NCBI RefSeq assembly: GCF_009914755.1
Contig: NC_060935.1
Reading direction: 5' to 3' (one strand)
Origin: the human T2T-CHM13v2.0 reference genome, Homo sapiens
DNA length: 64,000 nucleotides
Shown here: piece by piece, positions 19,949 to 34,589 of the stretch
Position numbering within the stretch: position 1 is the stretch's first letter
Layout of the letters: every line of letters starts with the position of its first letter
Translations under genes and position numbers: made by a program
Notes under the pieces: model-generated
Seen by the model: the letters and a program-made list of their open reading frames with translations, nothing else
Told to the model about the DNA's origin: nothing
Databases searched by the model: none

Positions 19949-20607
19949 GTAAGGATCCACTGTCAGCGTTGGATTTCGGAGTGGAGGTTGAGATGGAGAA
20001 TGACTTCAACCTAGCTCAATTTGGGGGCTGCTTTTAGGTGTTTAGTGCCTCCTTCTCTTCCTTATTAACTCCCACTCCTACTACAGGTTGGTGTGCTCAA
20101 TTGTATGTCTATAGCCTGCCTCCATCTCCCAATCTGTAATCCAGCAAGTCTGTCGGGGTGGAGGGGTGTGGAGCTCCATGGGGGCAAGATGATAATTCCA
20201 TTCGGTTTTCCTGTGCTTTGGAGTTTGCATGACACTTTAACGAGTCTTCTTGTGCCTATCCTTAAGAAAGTCTGTGAAGCCTGATGTGCGTGGCTATCAA
20301 TGTCATTTACAGCTCTTCATGGTGGGGCTTGGAATAGGGCGAGGGGAGGAGGTGACAGGGAGAAGACCTGGGTACCCTCAGTAGATGTTCTGGAGATGTT
20401 GAGAGCATGTTGTAGGGGCTTCGATTTGGGAGGTTCAGTGGGAGCCCGTGGAGGTTTCAGGCATCTAAGGCAAAAAGAAAGAGGGGAGAGTTTGGGGGAG
20501 GGAGAACGGATTGTCAAAAACACCCTCTCAAAAGCGTGTTAAAGCCTGGGAGTGGAGGGTGGTCTAGGAGAGTCGGGAGGGCAGGGTGGGAGGAGAGGGG
20601 CATGTGT

Positions 20608-20638
20608 GGTGGTGGTGGTGGTGGTGGTGGTGATGGTG
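20608..20638. repeat. (GGT)n microsatellite
   Basis: About 8 pure GGT units plus degenerate units. Confidence 0.9.
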
Positions 20639-20859
20639 GAGAGCCCAGCTGCAAAGATGAACAAAGCGGGCGCTGTGCAGGCTGGGGGAGGTGCTGCTGT
20701 GGGAAAGGGTGGGTGGGGGGACCTTGGGCTCCAGCCCCACAAGGGCGTCTTCTTTGGCTGGCCAGGCGGACGGGACGGGGGACGGGGGCGGGGACTGGCG
20801 GGAGGGGGGCGGGACAGGCTCGCTCTCCTCCTACTTAGCGAGCTCCCGGGGAAAAGCAA

Positions 20860-20946
20860 CAGTGTCCTCCTAAGCCTGAGGCCACCGCGACCGAGCCGAG
20901 CCAGGCTAAGGGACCAGTGTCTCCCTGCCCCCCCCCCCACCTCTAG
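20860..20946 (+). other. PHLDB1: PHLDB1 non-coding first exon candidate (start approximate)
   Basis: Donor CTAG|gtaaga at 20947, immediately downstream of a GC-box cluster. Confidence 0.65.
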
Positions 20947-22114
20947 GTAAGAGCGCCCCGTCCCACTACACTTGCGGGTCCCATTCGCTGCGGTGCTAGG
21001 ACTGGATAAGGGGAAGTCCCCGGGGCCTGGCGAGAGCCCTGAGATCAGCTCTAGGCTAGGGAGCTCGGCAGAAACCCGTGGGGGAGAGAGGGCACCCCAG
21101 GTGAGTGCGTGGGGGCGAAAGGAGCGTTATGGGGAGTTTTCCTGTGAGCCTCTTGCTTTTGCCTTCCTCGGCCGCTGCCAACGCCACCGCCAGAGGGGGC
21201 CGTGACGCTCTCCCCCCCTTGGAGAAACTCTGATCCTGGCCCTATCCAGACTCTCCCGCCGGCACCCAGGCGGCCGGGCGGACACTCGCGGGGTATCGGG
21301 CGGCGAGCGCGCGCGCGGGTTTTCGTCCTCCAGCGCCCCACACCTCCCCCTCTCCGCCCACAGCAGGACCTTGGGGCGGGGGTATCTCCTGTGACGTCTC
21401 CCCGCCTGTCCCCAGGCCGGCCGCCTTGATGGACCAGGAAGGGATTCGGAGTCCGGCTCAGAGTCTTGAGCGTCTAGGAGGGCTGCCTGGGGGTGTCCAG
21501 GAGATGGGAAGCCCGCCTGGGGCCTCCCAGGCACTCCCCAAGGCCCCACGTCCTCGGGGGCCGGGGAGGCCGCCTGGGGCGCCTTGCCACGCCCGCGCGG
21601 TCCCTATTGGAATCCCTAGCGGAGTTCCCCGAGCGGAGGCTGACCCAAGTCATCCGGGCTCCCCCGGGATAGGGAAGTGCGGGCGGGCGGCTGGGTAGGG
21701 GCGCCGGCGCAGGGTGGCCGAGTCGCCCGCTAGCGCTTCCGCCGAGGCAGGCTCGAGTGGGGACTTGGCCGGGCGACCGCACAGCCCTGCCGGGGACCCA
21801 CGGCTCTGGGGCGGGGCTGCATTCTGGGCCGTTAGCTCAGCGGTCCTGGAGCCTCCCGAGGCTGACTCATCGGGCGGCGGGCTCACCCCCCAGCCGTCAA
21901 ACGCAAACGCAGGCGCCCCACCACGCCGGGCTCCCACGCGGCACACACGCACGCCTCCGCGACACTTCGCACACCTACGTCCCTGCGTCACGCCACCCAG
22001 ACACACCCGGACCCGCCCACACGCCGAGGCCTTCCCACGCACTCCATGCCTTACGCCTCACAGGAAAGCGCCCCGCGCTCACGCAGCCCCTCACACCCGC
22101 AGCCCCGCTTACAC

Positions 22115-22825
22115 GCGCCCCAGCTCACACATGCACCCCAGTCACACAGCCTACCTCACACACGCACCCCAGTCACACACACAACCCAGCTCACACACGT
22201 ACCCGTCACACATGAGGCCCCAGCTCACACACGAAGCCCAGCTCACACACGCAGCCCCAGCTCTCACACACACACCCCAGTCAAACACGAGGCCCCAGCT
22301 CACACACGAAGCCCAGCTCACACACACTGCCCCAGTTACACAGCCCAGCTCATGCAAGCAGCCCGTCACACACACAGCCCAGCTCACACACACAGCCCAG
22401 CTCACACAAGCAGCCCGTCACACACACAGCCCAGCTCACACACACAGCCCCAGTTATACACACACAGCCCAGCTCACACACGCAGCCCGTCACACACACA
22501 GCTCAGCTCAATACACAGCCCAGCTCACACACACAGCCCCAGTTACACACACAGCCCAGCTCACACACACAGCCCATCACACACACAGCCTATCACACAC
22601 ACAGCTCAGCTCAATACACAGCCCAGCTCACACACGCAGCCCAGCTCACACATACACTCCAGCTCACACACGCAGCCCGTCACACAGCCCCAGCCACACA
22701 CACAGCCCAGCTCACACACGCAGCCCAGCTCACACACGCAGCCCCCTCACACATGCAGCCCCAGTCACACACACAGCCCAGCTCACACCGCAGCCCCACC
22801 TCACACACGCGGCCCCTCACACACA
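22115..22825. repeat. CA-rich minisatellite, ~16-19-bp units (consensus ~CACACACAGCCCAGCTCA)
   Basis: Roughly 40 variant tandem units; produces the THTAQL/HTHSPA repeats in the ORF track. Confidence 0.92.
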
Positions 22826-23710
22826 TTCAGCCGCCCTTCCCGCAGCTGCCAGGCTCGGAACGGGCGGTGTCTGTGGGGGCCGCCCCGTTTCCCGGCCGCG
22901 CAAACAAGCGGCTCCTTCTCTCTGCCCCGCCAAAGAAAGGCCGCTTGTCAGGGGCGGGCGGGCAGGCGGCAGCGGCAGGCGCCCAACACTGCGGCCTTGT
23001 CCCACGCGGGCAGCCTGGGCAGGAGCAGGCCGAGGGGTGCAAGGGGCCGCTACCTTGCGGAAACCTCCCTCCCTCGGCCCTGCGGACCGCGGAGAGGCAC
23101 CTTTCCACCACCGGACACCCAAGCAACAGCCCTCGCTCCATCCGCGCTCTCCCGGCTCCCCCTCTCCTCGGGCCGCCCATCTCTCCTCTCTTCCGCCTTT
23201 GGGGTCCCGGTGGGCCCCAGCCTCCCTCTCCTTCGCCCCATCTCCCCGCCCGTCAGCCTCCCCTCCGCTGCCCTCGCGCATCCCCAGTGTTCCCGTCTGT
23301 CGTCGCCTCCACTTGAGGACCCGCCTGTCCTTTCTTCCCCCGACCCCTCCACCTCTGTGTTCTTCAGTCTCCCCGCATCCTCTGCCCTCGGTCTTCCCCT
23401 CCCCAGCTTGCATTTTTTCCCATCTCTTAGTCTGCCTTTCATTTTCCCCTTCACATCCCGGTGGCTCCCCTTCCCCGCCCCGTCCCTCTGCACACCCCCA
23501 TTCATCTCTGTCAGGTTTTTCTCATCCTTAAGTTCTCTCGTCCCCCTCCCCACTCGGGCGTCCCCCGCTGGGCTCCCCGCCTCAGTTTCCTTCCCTTCCT
23601 GACTCCTTCCTCTGACGGCGGCCCTTTCTCGAGGGCGGATGTGCGCCTGGAGGGCGAAGGCGGCGGCCGAGAGGACCCCAGCTCGGCCTGGCGGGCCTCT
23701 GGCCACAGCC

Positions 23711-23755
23711 ATGCACCGCTTGGGCCGAGGCCGAGGCCGACCCCCAGGGACACAG
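23711..23755 (+). CDS. PHLDB1: Candidate alternative coding first exon of PHLDB1 (MHRLGRGRGRPPGTQ)
   Basis: gccATG, 45 nt, donor CAG|gtgagg; phase 0 and in frame with the exon starting at 27045. Confidence 0.65.
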
Positions 23756-24802
23756 GTGAGGCCGGGCGACCCGCGGGGCTCCGGGGAGCGCCCGAGCAGT
23801 GGCCCCGCGAAGGGCCGGGTCTGGTGCTCTGGGGCTGGCTTTGGACCTCTCGTCCTGGGACTCCGTGGGAGCCCGGGAGCTGTGTCAGTGCCCGTTGGTG
23901 CTGGAGCCAGTCGGCCCTTCCTTGGCCTCCTTCAGGCGGGGGCCAAGACCCCCGAGAGTTCACTCTGGGTGCTCCACTCGGCGGAGAGGGCTTCAGACTG
24001 GTGTCCCGCGTGGCTGGGGTGTCGGCGCATTCCCGCGGGGGAGGAGGCCGAGGGCCCGGGCCGGGGTCACCTGCCGGCGCCCCGGCCTTGCGCACAGAGG
24101 GCCTTGCCTGTCGCTCGTCAAATCCAGACACCTGGGCCTCCGCCACTCGGCTGCCGGGGCGGCACTGGGGCGTCTGTACCCAGCGTGCGGGAGGGCACCC
24201 AGGGCCGGACGCGCACCGCAGGGGTCTTTTTTTGGCCGCGGGGCCGGGCGGGCGGGTAATGACAGCCGGGTTGCTGGGGAGCCGCGGGCCAGATGGAAGC
24301 GGGGCCGCAGGTGAGGGACGTCCCTCGCGTAGCGCCACTCAGCCGCCGGGGCCAGAGCGGGAGTCAAGGTGAGGGCGCCCCCAGGTGGCCGCTCTCGGCC
24401 GCGGCGATCGCCCTTTGGGAAAGCACCGCCTGAGTGCAGGGCAGGTTGGCCTGGTGTCTCTTTCCACTTCTCTTGGATCAGGTTACTGTGCTGGGGCCAC
24501 AGCCTCGCACCTCCCAATCTCTCCATCTTTTCTTATCTTCTCCCCACACCTCTCTCCTTATCTCTCCCTTTACTTTCGCCTCCTTATTCTCTTCTCTCCT
24601 CTAATCACTCTTGTTCTCCATCGGCCTTACTCCTTTACAATCTTTATCTCCACTTGAAGTTCTTGGGTGTAAATAAATGAGCACACCACAGCTGCCCCAC
24701 ACGGCGATAGTGACCAATACTCCAATATGACAGATAAATAAACTAACGCCCAGACAGGTGAACTGCCTTGCTCCAGGTCACACAGCTCATAATAATAAAC
24801 GG

Positions 24803-25082
<280 letters not shown>

Positions 25083-25149
25083 TGGCATTAAGTGCTTTGC
25101 TTTCACAGAATGCCATTTAATATAATACCTGAATTTCAGACAGTCCTTT

Positions 25150-25350
25150 TTAAAAAACTGACAGCTTTATTGAGGTATAATTTATATACTATAACATCCA
25201 CCCAATTTAAGTATGCAATTAAAAGATTTTTAGTATATTTACAGAGCCATGCAATCATCACAATTTAATTTGAAAACATTCCCCCCACCCCACCCCCACC
25301 AAACTTGTGCCCTTTTACAGTCACTCCTCATTCCACCCCTAGCCCCAGGC
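25150..25350 (-). mobile_element. L1M 3' end fragment
   Basis: cagctttattgaggtataattta..catcac motif typical of antisense L1M ends. Confidence 0.65.
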
Positions 25351-26522
25351 AAGCACTGATCCAGACAGTCTTTTTTATTTTTTTCCATTACTCTAGTTTT
25401 ATAGAAGAATAACTTGATAATCAGAGAAGTTAAATAACTTGTCTAGGATCTTATAGCTAATAAATAAATAAAGTCAGGGTAGAATTTAAGGCTTTATATA
25501 TCCCAGTCTAAAGTTCTTTCTACCAAAGGATGATGTTTCTCCTTCACCATTATTTATTATTTTGTTTTTCTTAACCCCTTTTTTACATAAACTCCCCATT
25601 CCCAACCCACTCTCTTGCCCCTCCTCCCTCAGAAAATGCTGAGGGATTTCCCTGAGTCTAAGGAAGCAGTACAGCAATCTTTGTCCTTGGAAATTCTTCT
25701 CCATGGCCAGGAATTCTGGGGAGGTGCCAGGCCAGCTTGGGGCTTTGCATAGGTTAATGGCGTTTTCCCTCCCCTCTTCCCTGGCAGTCTTGGGGTGGGC
25801 CCCAGCCTGGGTTCCGGCCTCTCTTCCGCCAGCTTGGGTGGAAATGGTGACGGAGATGATGCAGTCCAGGTCCGGAAGGGTGGAAGCTGGGAGGGTAAAT
25901 TTAGTAACACCATAGCTAAGGTCCTCGGGACCCACTGCCAGGGTCAGACACTCCTTGGAATGCGGGCTGCTGCCCCTACTTCCTTTCCAAGTCCCCTGGT
26001 AGATGGCTTGAAGAGAGAGTGGAAGGAAACCCTGTTTCCCTGGGTCTGCCTCCTTACCCCTCAGCCACACTCTTAGCTTTCCCCAGTAACATTTCAGCAG
26101 CAAGTGGGAAGTTTCTCAGCTTAGCTAGTTGGCCAAGGGATGGGCATGGGGGCATACATTAGTACACAAAGGTCCTCACATCTCAGATACCAAAAACATG
26201 AGCCAGGGAGAGAGGGATGCATGGTGGGTGAGGGGCAGTGGGGTGGTGGTGGGGAGTATTCAAGTTCTGGCTCTGGAATCTGTCTTACTCCTGGTTCTAA
26301 TGGTTTAAGCTTCCTATAGCACCTAGCCAATTAAGAACCCAAGAGTTGAGCCCAATATTCCCAGTATTAGTTATCACTAAAGTTTTTTGTTTTTAATTAA
26401 AAAAAATTTTTTTAGCTGATTGTGTTGGGTTGAGGTTGCTTTCTGGGGAAGAAAAGGTGTAGGAGTTGAGACATCTGGAGATAGCAGGAATGGCTGAGTT
26501 TTTCTTTTGTGTCTCCTTTAAG

Positions 26523-26679
26523 AAAACATCCTACTAAAGCCCTGGGAAAAGAGACAAATGGTGAAGAGGAGAATGAAAGGTTGCAGGAGGGAGCTCCTGT
26601 TTTAGCCCTGCCACCTACCTGGGGGCCCTCTGGCTACCAGTGTCCTTGGAGGGGCTTCCTTGCTGCTTCTCCCACTAAG
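26523..26679 (+). other. PHLDB1: Candidate PHLDB1 5'UTR cassette exon
   Basis: Polypyrimidine tract ..ctcctttaag| and donor TAAG|gtagat; contains a uORF at 26558-26605. Confidence 0.5.
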
Positions 26680-27065
26680 GTAGATTTTCCCCACCCTGCT
26701 TAAGGCTCCACAGGGCCAAGGGTCTTCAGCTGTCAAAACCCGGGTTCTGAGTAGCATAGGGCAAGAAAGCACAGAAGTATAGATTGGGCCCTATGGGACT
26801 GTTTGTGCTTACAGTGGCAGGGGGCAGGACTGGTATCCATGCTGTGGCTGGCTGGAGACTTGGCACTGCTCCCAGACAACTCCCACCCAAGCTCTTTAGC
26901 TGCCTCTATTTCCCTTCAGCATGAGCATTTGGGGAATGATGGTGACTGGTGACACCTCTGCCCTGAGAACCCTGCCACAGAACCTACTTCTTTCCCTCTC
27001 CTGCCCTGGCCTCCCCACTCACCACCTTTCTGCTGTGTCCCTAGGAGCTCTGGAGCCTTAGGACC

Positions 27066-27125
27066 ATGGACGCTCTCAATAGGAACCAAATAGGCCCTGG
27101 ATGCCAGACCCAGACCATGGTGCAG
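27066..27125 (+). CDS. PHLDB1: PHLDB1 first core coding exon (exon spans 27045-27125)
   Basis: ccctag|GAG; Kozak accATGg; MDALNRNQIGPGCQTQTMVQ; CAG|gtgagt. Confidence 0.95.
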
Positions 27126-27787
27126 GTGAGTGGGATCAGGGCTGTGAGGCAAGAGAGATATAATAGGGATGGGATCAGCTCTTCTACCCCCTTGTGGTCC
27201 CAGCCCAAGGATGAAAGGAGCAATTCTGTTCCTCTCTGCCCTTCCCCAGGTCCCAAGCCTATTAACAGCTCAGTCTTTATCTGAATCAGGTTAATTGGTT
27301 CACCCAGAAACTACCCATCGAAAGTCCGAAAGCAGTTTACAGATTGACCCTGGGCTGTATCACTCTCCTTGATCCATGCCTCTATCTTCCCTGTACTTGA
27401 GCTTAGCAGGGGCAAGCAATGGCCACGTGGATAGCCATGGACAAGTCTGCAGGGAGCTTGATTGGCCTTCCTCTACAGTACCCCTGCTGCTTATCCAATG
27501 CCACCCCCACCCCCCACCCCTTTCTCCTTGCTTCTGTTTTAATAGACAAAAGGCACAGTTAAGCCAAGACTTGCGATAAATCCAGTGGGATGAGTTAGTG
27601 GCCTAGATTCAGATCTAATTACAATTTAGTGGAATCATGCTCTGTGTAAGATTTTGTGCTAAGCCTTTCAGCACCCTCAGAGCCCTTCGGAGAGGGGCGA
27701 GGGCTGGAGAGAGTGCTGGTGTGACTGGTTTAGGGTGGTAAGGTGCTGAATCTAATGATGCTTGTCCTCCACCCGTACTACCTACAG

Positions 27788-27911
27788 AAAGGACCCTTGG
27801 ACCTGATCGAGACAGGCAAAGGGCTGAAAGTGCAAACGGACAAACCCCACCTGGTGAGCCTGGGCAGTGGGCGACTCAGCACAGCCATCACCCTCCTGCC
27901 GCTGGAGGAAG
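27788..27911 (+). CDS. PHLDB1: PHLDB1 coding exon 2
   Basis: KGPLDLIETGKGLKVQTDKPHLVSLGSGRLSTAITLLPLEE; ag/gtaagt. Confidence 0.96.
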
Positions 27912-28143
27912 GTAAGTGTGAACAGGGCATCTCACTCACCACCCCTCTATCCTTATAGGCATTCCTGCCCTGGAGGCCCACCTCCTGCATGTGTTGGGGC
28001 CCTTCTACTGTCTGCTGGTGCTCGCCTCCCCACACCACCAGCTTGCTTCCCTTGTCTCTGCCTCCCCAGACTGCCTGCCTTCCTTGGTAGATGATCTGGT
28101 TCCACGACTGGGCTTAAAGATCAGCTTAGAAACAAGGAGGAGA

Positions 28144-28504
<361 letters not shown>

Positions 28505-29269
28505 TTAGCAACCAATGTGGCCAAGAAGAAAAAGGGCCCCGCTCCAGGGCATTGTCTTGCATGGGAGGGTATACCATAGATGGAGAATGGAGAGATGGGA
28601 GTCAGGGCAAGATCTCCCAAGATGAGGCCCTGGCACAGCCCCCTTCACCTTTCAGCTTCTGCCCGCCCTCTCTACTCTCCTGGCTGCACTTGTTGCCTGG
28701 GTGATACTACATTCTCCACATTCTCCAAATACCAGTCCCAGGGGCTCTGTCAGCGGGAGGGGCTGTTCTTGCTGCAGTTAGGGGAGAGCCTGCACTGAAG
28801 AGAGAGGTTGCACTGAAGAGAGAGGTTAGCAAGGGAGACGAAGTGTTGCAGGTAGCAGAAGCGGGGGAGAGAAGAAGGAGAGAAAGGGAGATTTAGAAGA
28901 AATGAGGAGTAGGATGAAGGGGAAAAAGGATAAAGGACAATAGGGAGAGGCAGTTGGGGGAATAAGGGAAGATCTGCAGAAAAGCAGTCTTCCTTCTCCA
29001 TCTGTGGAGTCTAGGTCCTACTGTGTGCTGTCTGGGTCTTCCCATCTCTGGGCCTCCCATTCTCAGGCAGAGTTTTCTCTGTTTGAGAACAGCGTCCATC
29101 ACTTACTGTATAGACCAGGCTCAGGGGCCTAGTAGGGGTGGCCAGTGGTGGGCAGAGATTCTCCCTGGAGTAGGAGGTGGAAATATGTTTCCACTGTGGC
29201 CCTCCTTGCCCTGTCACTGCCTCCTCAGCCTGGACAACCCCTCTGATTCAGTTTGCCTCTTGTCTCCAG

Positions 29270-29440
29270 GGAGGACGGTGATTGGCTCTGCAGCCAGAGA
29301 CATCTCACTACAGGGCCCAGGCCTGGCTCCAGAGCACTGCTACATCGAGAACCTGCGGGGCACCCTCACCCTCTACCCCTGTGGCAATGCCTGCACTATT
29401 GATGGGCTCCCTGTCCGGCAGCCTACCCGGCTCACTCAGG
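29270..29440 (+). CDS. PHLDB1: PHLDB1 coding exon 3 (FHA-like domain)
   Basis: GRTVIGSAARDISLQGPGLAPEHCYIENLRGTLTLYPCGNACTIDGLPVRQPTRLTQ; ag/gtaagg. Confidence 0.96.
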
Positions 29441-29991
29441 GTAAGGCTGGACACCTCCAGATGGAGGGGGCCTCTGTTTAAAGGCTTGTGTGTATTAGGC
29501 ACAGGGGAGGCTGGCTGTGGTGGTTGCCATGGTAACTGCCTGAGTGACCATACTGGGAATGGAGTACTCAGGTGCATCTGGATGTGCCTAAACAACATCC
29601 CAAACCCTTTCAGCATCCAGACATGTTTTCAACCTGCTTTTCTTCTCTGGTCACCCCCAACCTGTCTCCACATACTATGGGGAGAGAAGAGGTTCTGATT
29701 CCCGCCATCAGAGGGCCTGGGGCATGATGGCGTTGTTAATGGTTGTTGGGGAAGAGCAATTGGAGCAGCAGTGAGAGGGTATCAATGGCATTGTTCCATG
29801 ATGCCAAGAGGAAGTTGTTTTGAGAAGCTGGAGAGGAGGACAATACTTCCTGATGGGGATGGGGCAAGGGTAAATCTCAGGACATGCCTGCTCCTGTTAC
29901 AAGACTGCTGACAGTAACTTTTGGGTCACGAATATAACCCAAAGCAATAGGCCATTCTGTTGTGTAAGGTAGCTCTAAAAACTAGGCCCCT

Positions 29992-30416
<425 letters not shown>

Positions 30417-30530
30417 TCATACAGTGAGTTGTCAGATTAGGAGAATGAGAAAAACAGATTTGGGTGGAGGTTAGAGGTGAAGTTAAAGGCTAACAGCAGG
30501 ACAGGAACTTTGGGCTAAGCCTGGCTCTGA

Positions 30531-30992
<462 letters not shown>

Positions 30993-33439
30993 TGACTTTG
31001 GATGAGAGGAGGAACCCCCAAAAATTGGGGCTTGGCTATGATGGCAGTGGGTTCCTAACAGTCCTGTTCAGTCTCAGAGAGAGCATCTTCTCTAAGATTT
31101 GGGAGCATGGAGATGAGACAATAGAGCAGCAAGGAGAGGCAGGGCAAAGTTCAAAGAAGGCCCAGCACTTACCACCCCCGCCCCAAACCCATCACATTCA
31201 TCGGTAAGAACATTGTTCCCCTGCATGTTGTGAGCAGGGTATGCTTCTGTTGTCCAGTCTTTCCAATGCATCATTTAGCTCCCTGAGAAGGGGAGAGCCT
31301 AGGGCTAAGATGGAATTCTGAAGCATTTCCTGTGGCCCCAGTGACCCTTCCCGACTCTTCTCCAGCCAGAGGCCTACCCAGCCAAGTATGTACCCTCCCA
31401 CTCTCTTCTGACCCTAAACCCCTTCCCATTTTCCCTCCCCAACCCCCATAGCCTTCTTGTCTGGGCTCGCCTGTCTCAGAAGCTTGGCAGCCTGTGGAGG
31501 GGTAGGCAGAGGCACAAAGGAATGGGTGTTCTTCTCCCCAGTCCTCCCCCTCCCCTGGGCTCCAGGAGCTGAGGGTTTCCTTGTCTCATCTCTGGAGCAA
31601 GGCACCAAGCCCAGCCCTGCCTGGCCCCACTCCGGACATTCTTGGGAGTGTGTTTCCCTGGAAACTGGGTGGCTCGGGGGTGCATGTGCTATCTCTGTGT
31701 GTCTGTGTAACCGGAGTGTGTTTATGTAGCTCCGGATGTGTTTGTGACTCTGGGCTTACGAATCCTGTGTTTGTGTCTTTCCTTGTGTTTATCGATCAGT
31801 GTGTTCAAGTGGGCGGCAGGGGTGAACTCAGGACTGATGGTACCAAAATGTCTGTGTGTGTACTCCTATGTGTATATGAGACCCCACTAGTCATATGCCT
31901 ATCTGTGAGCATATATACAAGACGATCATTTTCCCTACCTTGTTCCCCTAATCTGGCCTTGTAGACGGGACCCTCCTCTTTCAAAAACAAGGGCTACTCT
32001 GGGAATAACAAGGAGTGTGCTTTGGCCTTAGATGCATCATTCTGGGCACTGTGCCCAGCCATAGGCAACTTGGAGAGACACACTTCATGACAAGCAGAGA
32101 TGGCAGTGACAGGCTCTTCCAGCAGGAATATGCCTGGGCCAGGGGAAAGGGGAGGCAGGCAGAAAACAGATGCCAACCTTTAGCACAGAGCTATGAACAT
32201 AGGAGCATGAAGTGAGGGAGCCAGGAAGGTCCTGATTCCACCCCCTGTACCCAGGCATCTCGGCACATCCCACATTGCCCTCTTCTCTACAGAGCAAGGG
32301 GTGGAGCTGGGAATAGGACCAAGGGAATGAGGAGGAATCTCAATCTGGGTCTAGGCTGCCCCACCCTGGGACCACAGCGCCAGACCACATGAAAGATCTG
32401 GGAGGGAACCAAGCAGGGGAGGACCCAGAAAGCCACCAGCTCAGGGCCCAGGCTGTCTAGACAGTAGGTCCCCATCCACTCCTAGCATTTCCTCCGAGCC
32501 CTGGTCTCCAGTCTCCTTCATTCCCTAAGCCTCTCACTGGTGGGTAGGGGCTTGTGTGAGGGCCAGCAGAGGAGTGTGGCTGGGGAGCCGGATCTCTGGG
32601 TTATCCAGCTGCCTCTCTCTGGGATCTAGGACATTCAGCCTCTTTTTTTTCCCACCCAGTTATTCCATCTGTAAATTGGGAGTGAAGCCTTCAACCTTTT
32701 TCTGTTATGAGACTGATAACGATCTTGACTAATAAAGCTCAAAAGAAGGAGGGCAGAGCAAGGCTCCCAGCTTCCCACTTCTTTGTGTCTGCCTCCTGCC
32801 CTATTTCTCATTGGCGGGCATCCTCTGTGTCTGCCTAGGTCTATCCAGCTGGCCCTCACAGTTTCCAGACCGATGAATCACTCTTCCTGAGGAGATTTTT
32901 TTTAAAGCCTCCCTTCATTTTGCATTTGACCCTATATGGTTCTTCCTTTTTCCTCAGAAGGGAATAAGATACGTGTGCACATGTGAGCGTGTGCATGTGT
33001 ATGCATATAGTTGGCAGCATGGGTGAGTGGGCTAGTGGGCTGTTTAGCAAGAATGGAAAACTTGCCTGATTATTCATCTAAGAGGTTGATTTTATTTCAG
33101 AGTTTCTCCAGGGACTAAGTGAAAGGAAAGCTATGCCTGGGTGAGTGTGTAACTAAAAGGAGTTGTCTGGGGGATGTGTGCATGAGAATAAAGGTGTGTG
33201 AGAGACAGTGTGTTTAATGAGGGTGTCTGTGTGACTCAGAGCATGCAGAGATGAAGTAGTGTCAGTGTGACTGAGCAAGTGTTGGTGTGTATCTGAGAGA
33301 CACTGTGTCAGGCTGTGTGAGCTGCTGAGAGCATAAAACATTGTGTCCCGTAAGGCTCTGGTGTGCAGGGGCCAGGTCCCTGGAACAAGAGGAACTCTCT
33401 GGGGGACCTGGCTGGATGGTAGGTATTAATACCTGACTG

Positions 33440-33749
<310 letters not shown>

Positions 33750-34589
33750 ACCTGCCTGACTCAGAATCTCAGCCTGACTTTGCGGGCTCCAGATATCTGT
33801 TTCCCAAGTAGGATGGGTACCTTATTGGGGTCGGAGGGCTCTTTGCTGGGTCTAGCACAACTGGATGTTGTGGCTGGGGTGCGGGCTGGCTCCCAGGGGC
33901 CCAGGAAGTGGGCTGGCCGGAAAGGGCAGTGCCTTGGTCCACTCTGGGTCATGAGTTGAGCTATGGGGAGTGGGGCCGGAAGAGGAGGTGTTTAGGGTGG
34001 AGACAGGAGGTGGGCTGAGTGCTTGCATTGTACAGAGCACTGCTTTGGCCTGAACTCCCAGCCCAGGGTGACCTTGTTACAGTGGCAGCCTGAGGGCCAG
34101 AGCAGGACCCAGTGACCTAGCTGGATCCTGTAGAGCCCCTGCTCTTTTCCTCTCCCTCTCTCTCTCAGATATGGACCCATGGAATGTCAGAGTTGACTTT
34201 CTGTAGATAAGGAAGCCGAGGCCAGAGGGTGTGACTGGCCCAAGGTACTACAGCCAGTCAGGGCCGGCCAGCCCAGCTGCCACTGACCTCTTACCACAGG
34301 GGGCTGGGAATGAGACCTGTCCTTTGCTTGGCCTCACTCCTGCCTCCTGGCTCTTCACTCTGGCCTCTGTACTTACCTCTCACCTTTCCTTCACTCAGTC
34401 ACCTCCCTTGAACCTTTCCTTCCCGCCCACTTTTCTTCCTGCCCTCGATGCAGGATCCCAAGCCGGCTCCCTTTCTGCATCCTCCCGCCCCGCCCTCTCC
34501 ATCCAGCTCTCCACTCGTCTCCTCCATCACTTCCTCTTCCCCTCCTCCTCTCCTTTGTCCCTCCCTCCCTGGCTCCCTTCCCCCGCCGC

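Larger units (their letters stand above)
20750..24440. promoter_or_regulatory. PHLDB1: PHLDB1 promoter CpG island
   Basis: Very high GC and CpG density; GC boxes (GGGGCGGGG near 21373 and 21809), CRE-like TGACGTC at 21392; donor sites at 20947, 21101, 23756, 24311. Confidence 0.9.

Noticed and set aside
22115-22825. Possible CRISPR-like array
   Set aside because: Units are contiguous with no unique spacers; eukaryotic context; no cas genes
21714-23602. 605-aa and 518-aa ORFs with His/Thr-rich repeats
   Set aside because: Open frames arise from the stop-poor minisatellite and GC-rich island; two frames are open at once and the products are low complexity
23050-24526. Long GC-rich ORFs on both strands
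   Set aside because: Expected stop-codon depletion in a CpG island; only ATG-plus-donor segments were retained as candidates
28791-28826. 18-bp tandem duplication (similar ones at ~42782, 16 bp, and ~14650, 13 bp)
   Set aside because: Ordinary two-copy slippage duplications with no functional context
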